DNA of 64,000 nt, taken from the NCBI GenBank assembly GCA_041859045.1, contig JBHELB010000071.1:19601-83600 (forward strand), in the 5' to 3' direction. A program made the translations under genes and the position numbers. Numbering within the stretch: position 1 is the first letter of the stretch; each line of letters opens with the position of its first letter. Below are positions 29,134-38,571 of the stretch, in pieces. The notes under the pieces are model-generated. The model was not told the DNA's origin. It saw nothing but the letters and a program-made list of their open reading frames with translations, and searched no databases. The stretch is from Candidatus Hydrogenedentales bacterium. Its GTDB lineage: Bacteria; Hydrogenedentota; Hydrogenedentia; Hydrogenedentales; SLHB01.

Positions 29134-30003
29134 ATGTTCCGCGGTTCGATGGTGGCGTTGGTGACGCCGTTTAAAGACAATCTCGATGTGGATTTCGAGG
29201 CGTATGGCCGGTTGATCGACTGGCACATCGAACAGGGCACGGACAGCATCTTGCCCTGCGGGTGCACGGGCGAGGCGGCCACGCTGACGCTCGACGAGCA
29301 GGAGGCATGCATCCGCTTCGCGCTCGAGCGCGTGGCCGGGCGCGTGCCGGTCATCGCGGGCACGGGTTCGAACAACACCCGCGAAGCCCTGCGTCTCACC
29401 AAGTTCGCCAAGGAGGCGGGCGCAAGCGCGGCGCTCCTGATCACGCCGTATTACAACAAGCCCACGCCCGCGGGCCAGATCGCGCATTACAGCACGATCG
29501 CCGAGGCGGTGGACATCCCGATCATCCTCTACAACGTCCCCGGACGCACGGGCACGAACATCCTGCCCGAAACCGTGGCGGCGTTGTCGAAGGTGCGCAA
29601 CATCGTGGCCATCAAAGAGGCCTCGGGCAGCGCGGATCAGACCTCGCAAATCCGCTCGCTGTGCGACATCACGGTCATGTCCGGCGACGACAGCCTGACG
29701 CTGCCGCTGATGGCGCTGGGCGCGACGGGCATCATCTCGGTCGCGGCGAACGTGGTTCCGGCGAAGATGGCGGCGCTGTGCTCGGAGTTCGACAAAGGCA
29801 ACCTCGAAAAGGCGCGCACGATTCACTATGAGTTGATGCCGCTGTTCAAGGCGCTGTTCATCGAAACGAACCCGATGCCGGTCAAGGCGGCGTTGGCGCG
29901 CATGGGCATGATCGGCAACAACCTGCGTCTGCCGCTTACGCCGATGCTGCCGGAGAAGTTCACGGCGCTCGAAAACGTGATGAAAGACCTGAAACTCGTC
30001 TAG
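29134..30003 (+). CDS. dapA: 4-hydroxy-tetrahydrodipicolinate synthase
   Basis: MFRGSMVALVTPF..., GCTGEAATLT, and the active-site Lys context VAIKEASG. Confidence 0.95.
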   Translation: MFRGSMVALVTPFKDNLDVDFEAYGRLIDWHIEQGTDSILPCGCTGEAATLTLDEQEACIRFALERVAGRVPVIAGTGSNNTREALRLTKFAKEAGASAALLITPYYNKPTPAGQIAHYSTIAEAVDIPIILYNVPGRTGTNILPETVAALSKVRNIVAIKEASGSADQTSQIRSLCDITVMSGDDSLTLPLMALGATGIISVAANVVPAKMAALCSEFDKGNLEKARTIHYELMPLFKALFIETNPMPVKAALARMGMIGNNLRLPLTPMLPEKFTALENVMKDLKLV

Positions 30004-30028
30004 ATCGAGTTGCGCGGAGGAATCGACG

Positions 30029-30823
30029 GTGAACATTTGCATGGCGGGCGCCTGCGGGCGCATGGGACGCCGGATTCTCGAACTGGCCGTGGCGGACGGT
30101 ATCGGCATCGGCGGCGCGGTGGACGTGCCCGCGATGGCGGGAACGGAACTGGCCATCGGCGTCGAGTGTGGTAAACCGCAGACTGTCTCCGTCACGTCGG
30201 ATCTCGGAGCCGCCCTTGCGGCGTCGGACGCGATGATCGATTTCACGGCGGCGAACGTTTGTATCGAGCATGCCCGCTGCGCGGCGAAGCTGGGTAAGGG
30301 CGTGGTCATCGGCACCACCGGCCTCGACGACGCGCAGCGCGCGGAAGTCGCGGCAATTGCGAAGTCCGTTCCGGTGGTGTTCGCGCCGAACATGAGCGTG
30401 GGCGTCAACCTGTTGTTCAAATTGACGTCGGAAGTCGCCAAGATCCTCGGACTCGACTACAACGTCGAGATCGTCGAGGTGCACCACAATCTCAAGAAAG
30501 ACAGCCCGAGCGGCACGGCGGTCCGCCTGGCGGAATGCGCCGCGGAGGCGTTGGGTCTTGATTACGCGAAGGACACGGCCCATGGCCGCGAGGGCCTGGT
30601 GGGCGCGCGCCCGCAGCGCGAGATCGGCATGCACGCCGTGCGCGGCGGCGACGTCGTGGGTGAGCATACCGTGAGTTTTATTGGCAAGGGCGAACGAGTG
30701 GAACTGGTGCACAAGGCGCATAACCGCGACAACTTCGCGCGGGGCGCGTTGATCGCCGCGAAGTTCACGCTCACCGCCAAGCCTGGACTCTACGACATGC
30801 AGGACGTGCTGGGCCTGCGCTAG
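30029..30823 (+). CDS. dapB: 4-hydroxy-tetrahydrodipicolinate reductase
   Basis: GACGRMGRRI Rossmann motif and EIVEVHHNLKKDSPSGTA signature. GTG start with GGAGG RBS. Confidence 0.93.
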   Translation: MNICMAGACGRMGRRILELAVADGIGIGGAVDVPAMAGTELAIGVECGKPQTVSVTSDLGAALAASDAMIDFTAANVCIEHARCAAKLGKGVVIGTTGLDDAQRAEVAAIAKSVPVVFAPNMSVGVNLLFKLTSEVAKILGLDYNVEIVEVHHNLKKDSPSGTAVRLAECAAEALGLDYAKDTAHGREGLVGARPQREIGMHAVRGGDVVGEHTVSFIGKGERVELVHKAHNRDNFARGALIAAKFTLTAKPGLYDMQDVLGLR

Positions 30824-30859
30824 ACCGGTATGTTGGAGACATGCAGTCGCGGTGTCGAA

Positions 30860-30922
30860 CGCATTTTCACCGGGCGCTTTGGAATGCACAAAGCGTGGAA
30901 ACAAAGGATGAAAATGCGCTAG
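30860..30922. repeat. Palindromic element, copy B (arms cgcattttca / tgaaaatgcg, nested inner stem cgctttg/caaagcg)
   Basis: 10-nt perfect outer arms (30860-30869 / 30909-30918) and a 7-nt perfect inner stem. It lies 37 nt after the dapB stop. It shares the ATTTTCA...CAAAGCG...TGAAAATGC-CTAG layout with copy A. Confidence 0.6.
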
Positions 30923-30955
30923 ACGCAAACGCAACGAGACAAAAAGGAAACGAAG

Positions 30956-32005
30956 ATGGCGAACGAGCGGCTGGTGATTGGACTTCCCGCGGGCTCTCTG
31001 GCGGACCCTAACCGGGGCGGCAACCTCATCAATCTGCTCAAGCACGCCGGGTTTCCGACAAAGGGTTACGATCAGGGCGGCCCGAGCAGCTTCCCGCTGG
31101 CGAGTTTCCTGGTCGGCTGGGATGGACGTCCGCAGGAGTTTGGCTCGCAACTTGCCCTGGGCGAGGTGGATATCGCGATCGGCGGCGACGACTGGATCCG
31201 CGAGCGCATGCTTGAGTTCAAGTACGAGTACCAGCGCGATTTCGAATTGCTCAAGGTCTTGTCGCTCGACCGCGGCGGAGTGCGCATTGTCGTGATCCGC
31301 AAGCCCAACGGCGCGCCCACGGACGTCGATGCGTGGCTCAAAGGATTGTTCGCGGCAAAACCGCTCGTGTCTGTCGTATCGGAAATGCCCTACCTCGCGC
31401 TCGAATGGATTCTTGGCCGCCTCGAAGCGCTTGGCTTCTCGCGCGAAGATACGCCGTATTCCGTGCAGAAGTTCAAAACGCCGCCGCGCATCGACCGCGG
31501 CATTGTGATCTACGAGACCTGGGGCAAGACCGAGGCCAAAGTCACGAACGAGTCGGTGGATTTTGGGTTCGAGATCACGCAAACCGGCAGCGCAATCCGC
31601 AACTACGGCCTCGAGATCGTCGCGGAAGTCATGCGCTCGGAGACAGGCATCTGGGCGAACCCCGCGCTCAAACAGAACCCCGAGAAATACGACCTTGCGC
31701 TCATGTTTCTGCTGAACCTCTACGGCTCCATCTTCGCGGAGAACAAAGTGCTGTTGTCGTTCAACGCCCGCAACGAAGACGTGCCGCGTCTGCGCGCATA
31801 CCTTAGCGACAACCGCCTCTTCGGCGACGAGCCGACGATGAACGCCGGGGATCGCTACACCGAATTCAGCATTCAGATCGAAACCAACAACCGCGAGCTG
31901 CCCCTGGCCAAAGCGCGGTTCGAGCTCGTCAAACTCGGCGCCACGCACCTCGAGACCATCCCGCTCGAATCCTCAATCCCCGGACTGCATTGCGTAGAGT
32001 TCTAA
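30956..32005 (+). CDS. ATP phosphoribosyltransferase-like protein (atypically long HisG-family member)
   Basis: RLVIGLPAGSL, VDIAIGGDDWIRE and GKTEAKV..ESVDFGFEITQTGSAIRNYGLE parallel the HisG motifs (LRIALPKGRL, DLGITG.D.L.E, GSVE..P..GLAD.IVDLV.TG.TL+.NGL). At 349 aa with extra inserts, orthology to hisG is uncertain. Confidence 0.5.
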   Translation: MANERLVIGLPAGSLADPNRGGNLINLLKHAGFPTKGYDQGGPSSFPLASFLVGWDGRPQEFGSQLALGEVDIAIGGDDWIRERMLEFKYEYQRDFELLKVLSLDRGGVRIVVIRKPNGAPTDVDAWLKGLFAAKPLVSVVSEMPYLALEWILGRLEALGFSREDTPYSVQKFKTPPRIDRGIVIYETWGKTEAKVTNESVDFGFEITQTGSAIRNYGLEIVAEVMRSETGIWANPALKQNPEKYDLALMFLLNLYGSIFAENKVLLSFNARNEDVPRLRAYLSDNRLFGDEPTMNAGDRYTEFSIQIETNNRELPLAKARFELVKLGATHLETIPLESSIPGLHCVEF

Positions 32006-32027
32006 CGTCGCCTCAACGCAGCTCGTA

Positions 32028-32061
32028 ACGCCCGGCCTCCAGGCCGGGCGTTTTTGTTTTT
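32028..32061 (+). terminator. Rho-independent terminator after the HisG-like gene
   Basis: Perfect 10-bp stem acgcccggcc/ggccgggcgt, 4-nt loop, followed by TTTTTGTTTTT. Confidence 0.75.
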
Positions 32062-32241
32062 GCGGCTGCGGGAATGATGACACGCCACCGCCGCGCGCCT
32101 TTCAAAAAAGGTATCCATGACAAAACGAAGACACGCGGAAAACGACGAACACGGTTTGAGGAGAGGAACTTCGAGCAGTGCAACAAGATGCGCGGGAAGG
32201 TAAGGCGGTTTTTGAGGAGTGCATCAGAGAAAGGGGGAAAC

Positions 32242-33066
32242 ATGGCATTACCTTCGATGCGAAGCGGGGTGATCAGCCGGGAGTTTCTGCGAATCGCGGG
32301 CGGCTACGGCGCGCCGGCGCAGGGGAGGTCGCCCGCGGGCGGACTCGATATCGACAACGCAGGCAACCTGGCGACGGATGGCGAACTTACGGCGGACGGT
32401 GTGGTGCAGTCGAACAGTGCGCTGCGGGCGAATGGCAACGCGGGCACGGCGCGCGCCGTGCAGTTCACGACGGGCGGCGCGACGCGCTGGGATCTTGTGG
32501 CGTCGGACGTGGCGGAAAGCGGTTCGAACGCGGGGTCCAATTTGGAGTTGCGGCGCTATTCCGACACAGGCGCCTTGCTGGGCACGCCGTTGCGGGTGAC
32601 GCGCAGCAGCGGGGTTATCGAACTGCTCGGGCATACCGATGCGCTGAATGGGTTTGACGTGAACGGCGGCTTTGGCGGCGGCGGCACAAGCATCGATTCC
32701 ACAGGCGTACGGGTCGAGGGCTACCTCCTCTCGAAAGCGACGGCCTCCACGGTGGCGATCTTTGCCTTGGATGACGCCGCGCGGGGAGGCGACTTGCGCT
32801 TTCAATGCACGCGGGCGGGCGTCGGAACGTGGTATTTCGGCGTGGACGCCACGGACAACGAGTTCAAGTTCGACTACAACCACGGAGACTTCGGCAGCCC
32901 GGCGATAGGGATCAAGACAGACCGAGGGGTGGCGTTCTACGGCATCCAGGATTTCAAAGGCACGATGGGCAATTCGTACAAAGACCCCACCATGGACAGC
33001 CCGGTCGATTGGGTCGAGATCAAAATCAACGGCGTGACGCGCTATCTGCCCGCTTACACGGCGTAG
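32242..33066 (+). CDS. Phage-tail-fibre-like protein (no signal peptide)
   Basis: Start set at ATG 32242 (AAGGGGG RBS). GGLDIDNAGNLATDGELTADG...FTTGGATRWDLVASDVAESGSNAGSNLELRRYSDTGALLGTPLRVTRSSG matches, from memory, a repeat pattern seen in podovirus-type and prophage tail fibres (..RW.l.....ESGSNAGS.f.i.RY.D.G). Gly/Thr/Asn-rich and beta-rich. Confidence 0.5.
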   Translation: MALPSMRSGVISREFLRIAGGYGAPAQGRSPAGGLDIDNAGNLATDGELTADGVVQSNSALRANGNAGTARAVQFTTGGATRWDLVASDVAESGSNAGSNLELRRYSDTGALLGTPLRVTRSSGVIELLGHTDALNGFDVNGGFGGGGTSIDSTGVRVEGYLLSKATASTVAIFALDDAARGGDLRFQCTRAGVGTWYFGVDATDNEFKFDYNHGDFGSPAIGIKTDRGVAFYGIQDFKGTMGNSYKDPTMDSPVDWVEIKINGVTRYLPAYTA

Positions 33067-33091
33067 GCGCGCAAAGAAACGGAGAAAACAC

Positions 33092-33358
33092 ATGATTCGT
33101 GAGAATTTGCAGGTGTTGGACGAACGCCTCGAATCGCTGGCGTGCGCCATTCGCGCGGCGCGACGATTTATCGCCGACGTCCGCGGCACGGAGCGCATGG
33201 CCGAGGCCGGTGCGCTCGACTTGACGCAAGACGGAGTCGATGCCGCCATGACCGCGCTGAGCGGACATTCAGCGCCGCTTTCGGAGGCCTATGCGGCGGT
33301 GCAGGAAGTTTTCACGGCCGACGTAGCGATGGCGGTCGATGCGGGAGCAGCCGCATGA
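33092..33358 (+). CDS. Small Ala-rich helical protein (88 aa), unknown function
   Basis: GGAGAAAA RBS, 25 nt after the tail-fibre-like gene. No recognisable motif. Confidence 0.45.
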   Translation: MIRENLQVLDERLESLACAIRAARRFIADVRGTERMAEAGALDLTQDGVDAAMTALSGHSAPLSEAYAAVQEVFTADVAMAVDAGAAA

Positions 33359-33501
33359 CCCCCGAACAGGCGTTGGCGAATCTTGACCAGGCGGCGGCCC
33401 AGTTGAGCGCCTCGCGCGAAGTGCACCACGCACTGCAACACAGCGTCGACGTATTGCGGCGCGCGCTGGCGGAAAAGAGGGACGACCTGCCCGTAGAATA
33501 G
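33355..33501 (+). CDS. Small helical protein (48 aa), unknown function
   Basis: ATGA overlap with the preceding ORF. MTPEQALANLDQAAAQLSASREVHHALQHSVDVLRRALAEKRDDLPVE. Followed directly by a terminator. Confidence 0.4.
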   Translation: MTPEQALANLDQAAAQLSASREVHHALQHSVDVLRRALAEKRDDLPVE

Positions 33502-33515
33502 AAATAGCGCTCGTG

Positions 33516-33559
33516 ACGCCGTGGCCCGCGAATCCCCCGGAGGCCACGGCGTTCATTTT
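33516..33559 (+). terminator. Rho-independent terminator after the tail-fibre-like module
   Basis: 11-bp perfect stem acgccgtggcc/ggccacggcgt, 15-nt loop, tail TCATTTTC. Confidence 0.55.
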
Positions 33560-33668
33560 CCTACACGCGATGTCGAATTTGCACCCCCTCCTTTGCTAAA
33601 GTTGCCCTTGGCATCAGGGTAAGGTATACGCCGTTTACTGGAGAGACCGACCGTCCAAGAGCAACGCG

Positions 33669-34682
33669 ATGAAATTTAAGCGACTTTTCATCCAAATCCC
33701 GTGTTACAACGAGGAAGCCACCCTGCCGGAAACGCTGGCGGCGATTCCTCGCACGATCGACGGGGTGGACGAAGTCCGGGTTTTGATCGTGGACGATGGC
33801 AGCCAGGATCGCACCATCGAGGTTGCCCAGAAGCATGGCGCGGACTACATCGTCCGGCTGCCTTTTCACCAAGGGCTCGCCAAAGCCTTTCTCGCCGGAC
33901 TCGACGCCTGTCTACGCCACGGGGCGGACGTCATCGTCAATTTGGATGCGGACAACCAGTACCGCGCGGACGACATTCCGAAGCTCCTAGCGCCGCTCCG
34001 TCGTCGCGAAGCCGCCATCGTCATCGGAACGCGGCCCATCCGCGAAATCCGCCAGTTCAGCGGGATAAAGAAGCGTCTTCAGTCATTTGGCAGTCTTGTC
34101 GTTCGCTTGGCGAGCGGCACGAGCGTGCCTGATGCGCCCAGCGGCTTTCGCGCGTTCACTCGCGATGCGGCGATGCAGATCAATGTCTTCAGCGCGTATA
34201 CCTACACGTTGGAAACAATCATTCAAGCCGGGCACAAGAACTTGAAGATCGCGTCGGTGCCGATCCGCGTAAACCCCGTGAGTCGGCCGTCGCGGCTCAT
34301 GCCGAACATGTGGACTTACGTGCGCCGTTCGATGCTGATCGTGCTGCGCATTTTCATGACGTATCAGCCCGCGCGCTTTTTTGGCATCCCAGGGTTGATT
34401 TTGATTGCCCTTGGCATGATCCCCGCGTTCCGATTCGCGTTCTACTATCTAACCCGCGAGCAAGGACAGTGGGTGGGCCATGTGCAGTCGTTGATCTTCT
34501 CGGCGATTTTACTGGGGAACGGTTTCTTACTGCTCATCATCGGTCTTGTGTCTGACCTTATTGCGGTCAACCGGAAATTGCTGGAGGAAGTGCGGTATCG
34601 CCTGATGGATATCGAGTACCGCATGGACGATACCCGCATCCGCGCCGCGGAAGACGAGGACTCAAAGGAAGACGAGTCGTAA
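33669..34682 (+). CDS. GT2 glycosyltransferase (polyprenol-phosphate sugar synthase/GtrB-like, C-terminal TM helices)
   Basis: IQIPCYNEEATL, VLIVDDGSQDRT, NLDADNQY (DxD), and two C-terminal TM helices. Confidence 0.85.
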   Translation: MKFKRLFIQIPCYNEEATLPETLAAIPRTIDGVDEVRVLIVDDGSQDRTIEVAQKHGADYIVRLPFHQGLAKAFLAGLDACLRHGADVIVNLDADNQYRADDIPKLLAPLRRREAAIVIGTRPIREIRQFSGIKKRLQSFGSLVVRLASGTSVPDAPSGFRAFTRDAAMQINVFSAYTYTLETIIQAGHKNLKIASVPIRVNPVSRPSRLMPNMWTYVRRSMLIVLRIFMTYQPARFFGIPGLILIALGMIPAFRFAFYYLTREQGQWVGHVQSLIFSAILLGNGFLLLIIGLVSDLIAVNRKLLEEVRYRLMDIEYRMDDTRIRAAEDEDSKEDES

Positions 34683-34710
34683 ATCGCGTAACGTTACGCA
34701 GGGTTAAGCA

Positions 34711-35826
34711 GTGGCCCCGAAGCGCATCCTCTTTTATAGCCCCTATGCCTTGGACACGATCCGCCACGGCGGCGCGCGGCGTTCCAGTTTCCTGTGGCGC
34801 GTGCTGTCCGGCGCGTACGACGCACATCTTATCGTGCATGCGCGAGCGCCCCAGCACGCCGGGGGCGACTACGTGCGCGTAACAAAGTCCCTCGAACGCC
34901 TCCATCACCCCGCGTTGAAGCGGTTGATGCGCGAGCGCCTGGAGACCTTTCGGCCGGACCTCCTTTGGGTCGAGCAGTTCTACGCTTTGCCCATGTTGTC
35001 CTCGGTGGCCCGCGAGTTTTCAGTGCCGGTGGTGTATAGCTCGCAAAACGTCGAGGCCGAGCGCTTCTCGGGGTGGAGCGGTCTGCATGCGTGGGGTGTG
35101 GGGATGTACGAGCGCTGGGGCCTGCGCCACGCCCGCGCGGTGGTCTGCGTGAGCGAGCGGGACCGGCTCTTGTTCAACCAACGCTACGACTACCCGCTTG
35201 ACGCGACCTATGTTGTGCCGAACGCCTACGATGAGGCAGTGTTCCGCCCGCGGGCGCGCGCTGCCGCCGAGAAGGCGGCGTTTTGGGGCAAGCATGGCGT
35301 GGCGCGGAAGGGCCCGGTGTTCTTGTTTGTCGGGGGATACCATTACTTGCCGAACGCGGAGGCGATCCGTCTGATCGAGGAAGAAATTGGACCGGCGCTG
35401 GCGGTCCGCGCGCCTGAAGCCGCGATTGCGCTCATCGGCGGCGGATATCCGGCGAATTTCGCGCCGCGTAGTGGAAACGTGGTATGCATAGGCGAGGTAG
35501 ACCGAATTGAGGAGTGCCTTTGCGCGGCGGATGCGTTGCTGTGCCCGCTGTCGAGCGGGGGCGGCAGCCGGCTGAAAGTTATCGAAGCGCTGGCATGCGG
35601 GTTGGTGGTAATCTCAAGCGTAAAAGGCGCGGAGGGGCTCGAGGACCTTGGGCCAGAAGACGGTCTTCACCGTGTGCCGCTCGAGGCCTTTGCGGAAGAG
35701 GCAACGCGCCGGCTGGACGACATTCCGCCGCGACGTACAGGAATTGAACGCTACTCCTCTCGCGTGGTGAGCGCGCAGGCGCTCGACGCCGCGGAACACG
35801 TGTTGTCCGCTACAGGAAGGATCTAA
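34711..35826 (+). CDS. GT4 (group 1) glycosyltransferase
   Basis: GT-B pattern with C-terminal SSGGGSRLKVIEALACGLVVISS (E-x7-E-like region). The GTG start is uncertain. Confidence 0.75.
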   Translation: MAPKRILFYSPYALDTIRHGGARRSSFLWRVLSGAYDAHLIVHARAPQHAGGDYVRVTKSLERLHHPALKRLMRERLETFRPDLLWVEQFYALPMLSSVAREFSVPVVYSSQNVEAERFSGWSGLHAWGVGMYERWGLRHARAVVCVSERDRLLFNQRYDYPLDATYVVPNAYDEAVFRPRARAAAEKAAFWGKHGVARKGPVFLFVGGYHYLPNAEAIRLIEEEIGPALAVRAPEAAIALIGGGYPANFAPRSGNVVCIGEVDRIEECLCAADALLCPLSSGGGSRLKVIEALACGLVVISSVKGAEGLEDLGPEDGLHRVPLEAFAEEATRRLDDIPPRRTGIERYSSRVVSAQALDAAEHVLSATGRI

Positions 35827-35829
35827 GGC

Positions 35830-38565
35830 ATGTCGCGCACCGTGGGAACCGCCCACACGCTCGCGCCCCGCGCGCGGAAAGCGGGGTGGCTTGTTCTCCT
35901 GATCGCGTTGCTCGCGTTTCACTGCGCATGCAACCTGTATTGGTTGGCGCATGACACGCGCCCGCGAATGGGCGACGAGGCCGTGCATGCCATGTTCGCC
36001 GCCGAATACCGCGCGGCCCTTACCGCCGACACCTCGCTGCCGTGGCGCGCGCGTTACGTCCTCGACGTCAAGACCGGCGCCTACCCGCCGCTCTTCCACT
36101 TCGCGAGCGCCCTGTTCGCGTGGCCGCTGGGCGAAACGCGGCTCGACTACGGTCTATTCAATCTCTTTGTTTTCCTGCTGCTGCTAATCGCGATGTATTG
36201 CATCGGAAACGCGCTGAAAGGGCCGGCGTTCGGAGTGCTTTTGGCGACATTCACCGGGTTCACGCCGTTTCTGTTCGGGCTTTCGCGACTGTTCCTGACC
36301 GATCTTTGCGCGTGTCTGGTGGTGGTGCTCTGCGTGTGGACCCTCTATCGGTCCGAGTACTTCCACAAAACGCGCTGGGTAATTGTCTTTGCGCTGCTTA
36401 ACGCGCTGGGATTGTGGGTGCGGTGGATCATTCCGCTCTACTACGCGGTCCCCCTTGCGTACTGCGTCGGCGTCGGGCTCTATCGTTCGTTGTTTGGGTC
36501 CGAGCGCGGAATGAAGGCACGCGTTCGTCTCGTGTTGCATGGGGCGATCGTCGTGGCCGCGGCGGCGGTGATTGCGGCGCCGTGGTACGCGCCCCGCGCG
36601 GAGGATTGGCAACACTACATCAAGTACTACCGCAGCCTGGGGACGCTTGAGGAAACCCCAGCGACCCTCCCGACGGCCACGGATGCACTCACTGCGTCGG
36701 CCCGCGCGGCACTCTGGACGCTTCCCTTCGTGATGGGCGCAGGCGACCCGGCCCAACCGAAGTTCGATTCAGAGAATCCGCCTGAACGATACGTCCTACC
36801 GATGCGTCATGTGCCTTTCGATATTACGTCCCCGGAAATCTGGACCACGTATCTGTTGGTTCTCATCAATAAGGGAATGTTCCTTCCGTTCTTTCTCATT
36901 GCGGTACTGGGCATGGGACGCGCGCTGTTCCGGGCGCGCGAGAACCCGTTCTTTGTGTACGCGCTGCTCTGGGTGCTTGGCTCGTATCTGCTCCTGACGT
37001 TGGCCTGGAAAGTGAAGTCGCCCGCGCCGCGCTACGCCGCGGAACTTCTCCCGGCGATGGCGTTTTTCGCCGCAAGCGCAGTGTGGGCGGTGCGCCCGCG
37101 CGTCTTGCGCGTCACGGTGATCATCCTTGTGGTGTTTGGACTGTCGGTGCAGTTCATCAATCTGACCTTTGCGAGCCTGGGACGTTGGGGCAATATCGAG
37201 CTTCCCATCGCGCAAGGGCATCACGTGATCACCAATTCCTTCGACGAAGGCGTGGCGGTTATTAAGGACAGCATCGACGGTCTCGGCGCGCGGATCGGCC
37301 CGGCGTTCGGCGGGATCAACTGGGCGCGGCGCGCACTCGACGCGATGGCGGCGCACGAACTGCGCGCGAGTTATGTGGCGTGGCCAAGAGCCCGCATCAT
37401 GTTGACCGGCTTGCTCAAGGACGCGATTGAATCGGAGCAGCGACGTTATTGGCCGCGAAAAGCACCGTTGTCCGAGGACAGGTCGACAAAGAATCGGACC
37501 AATGCCTTCATAGGACCGTACATTCCGCTTTCGCCGGAGCGGACGGTCCGTGAATTCAGCGAGACGGGCCGCGCGTGTTACGAGATTACATTCTCCGAAC
37601 CCGTAACGTTTGGAGGCTGCTCGCTTTCTGTGCCGGATCCGATTTCCGGCATCGCGCTCTCGTACTGGTCTGCGGATGAAAACCGTTATGTCGCGTTTGC
37701 GCCGCCGATCGAGCCGGACGCCACGCCGAAAAATTTCCATTTCTGGGGTTTTGAAAAAGTTGCCACAGATAAACTGCTGCTAACCTCAGACAAGAGCGCG
37801 CCGGGCATGGCGAATAGCCTGCAACTTTATACACGCTACCCGCAGCGACGCGCATTGGTGCTTACGCAGAATCCGAAACCCGACCCCTCAGCCGCCGGTC
37901 CCGAGCGGCTCGAGAGCGAGAGTCAATTGGAGATGCTGGATTATGTGATAATGCCTCATCCACCCACGCGCGCCCAGCAGGCCCTGCTCAAGGACTTCGA
38001 GGAAATCGACCGCTTCCGCGCCAATGCCTACACCTATTGGGACGAGCGCGAGTTTGTGGTGCTTGCGCGGCGGCAGCCGCCGCTGATCACGCTGGATACC
38101 ACGGCGTTGTTGCGCATCACCGTATCGGCGGATGGTCCTGGGGGACGTTGGGACGTGCCCTGGTGGCGCTTCCCGGAATCCAGTGCGCCGAGGGCGGTTG
38201 AACTCCGCGACTTCTACTGGTCCGCGCCTACTCCAGCAACCGTGATCGCCGATCTGGGCGCGCCCTTTGACGTACAGGGGCTCGAAGTCGTCCCTGAATC
38301 CAGCACGCAGGGCGTTGGCGAAGTGCGCGCGGAGTACTGGGATATCGCGGCCGGTGTATGGCGGCCGTGCCCCGGAGAACGGTTTGTCGGTGAGCCCACG
38401 CAGCGTGAGGAAATGCCCACTTGGCACTGGCACTCGTTTCTGCCGCTCTGGGATAACGAAGTCCGAACCAACAAAGTGCGTGTGACGATTTTGCAGGGTG
38501 CGCAAGGCGCGAATCAGGCCTACGTATCCCATTTCTATCTCTACGGTCGGCCGGTTCCGGAGTAG
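35830..38565 (+). CDS. Large GT-C fold membrane glycosyltransferase (ArnT/PMT-like) fused to C-terminal discoidin/CBM-like domains, paralog 3
   Basis: TM1 then HDTRPRMGDEAVHAMF (DE motif), followed by more than 10 TM helices. The ~400-aa soluble C-terminus contains beta-rich modules ending NKVRVTILQGAQGANQAYVSHFYLYG (F5/8-type-C-like). Confidence 0.65.
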   Translation: MSRTVGTAHTLAPRARKAGWLVLLIALLAFHCACNLYWLAHDTRPRMGDEAVHAMFAAEYRAALTADTSLPWRARYVLDVKTGAYPPLFHFASALFAWPLGETRLDYGLFNLFVFLLLLIAMYCIGNALKGPAFGVLLATFTGFTPFLFGLSRLFLTDLCACLVVVLCVWTLYRSEYFHKTRWVIVFALLNALGLWVRWIIPLYYAVPLAYCVGVGLYRSLFGSERGMKARVRLVLHGAIVVAAAAVIAAPWYAPRAEDWQHYIKYYRSLGTLEETPATLPTATDALTASARAALWTLPFVMGAGDPAQPKFDSENPPERYVLPMRHVPFDITSPEIWTTYLLVLINKGMFLPFFLIAVLGMGRALFRARENPFFVYALLWVLGSYLLLTLAWKVKSPAPRYAAELLPAMAFFAASAVWAVRPRVLRVTVIILVVFGLSVQFINLTFASLGRWGNIELPIAQGHHVITNSFDEGVAVIKDSIDGLGARIGPAFGGINWARRALDAMAAHELRASYVAWPRARIMLTGLLKDAIESEQRRYWPRKAPLSEDRSTKNRTNAFIGPYIPLSPERTVREFSETGRACYEITFSEPVTFGGCSLSVPDPISGIALSYWSADENRYVAFAPPIEPDATPKNFHFWGFEKVATDKLLLTSDKSAPGMANSLQLYTRYPQRRALVLTQNPKPDPSAAGPERLESESQLEMLDYVIMPHPPTRAQQALLKDFEEIDRFRANAYTYWDEREFVVLARRQPPLITLDTTALLRITVSADGPGGRWDVPWWRFPESSAPRAVELRDFYWSAPTPATVIADLGAPFDVQGLEVVPESSTQGVGEVRAEYWDIAAGVWRPCPGERFVGEPTQREEMPTWHWHSFLPLWDNEVRTNKVRVTILQGAQGANQAYVSHFYLYGRPVPE

Positions 38566-38571
38566 CCACGC

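Noticed and set aside
29119-31948. 440-aa and 662-aa minus-strand ORFs
   Set aside because: Antisense to dapA, dapB and the HisG-like gene. Shadow ORFs with Arg-rich composition.
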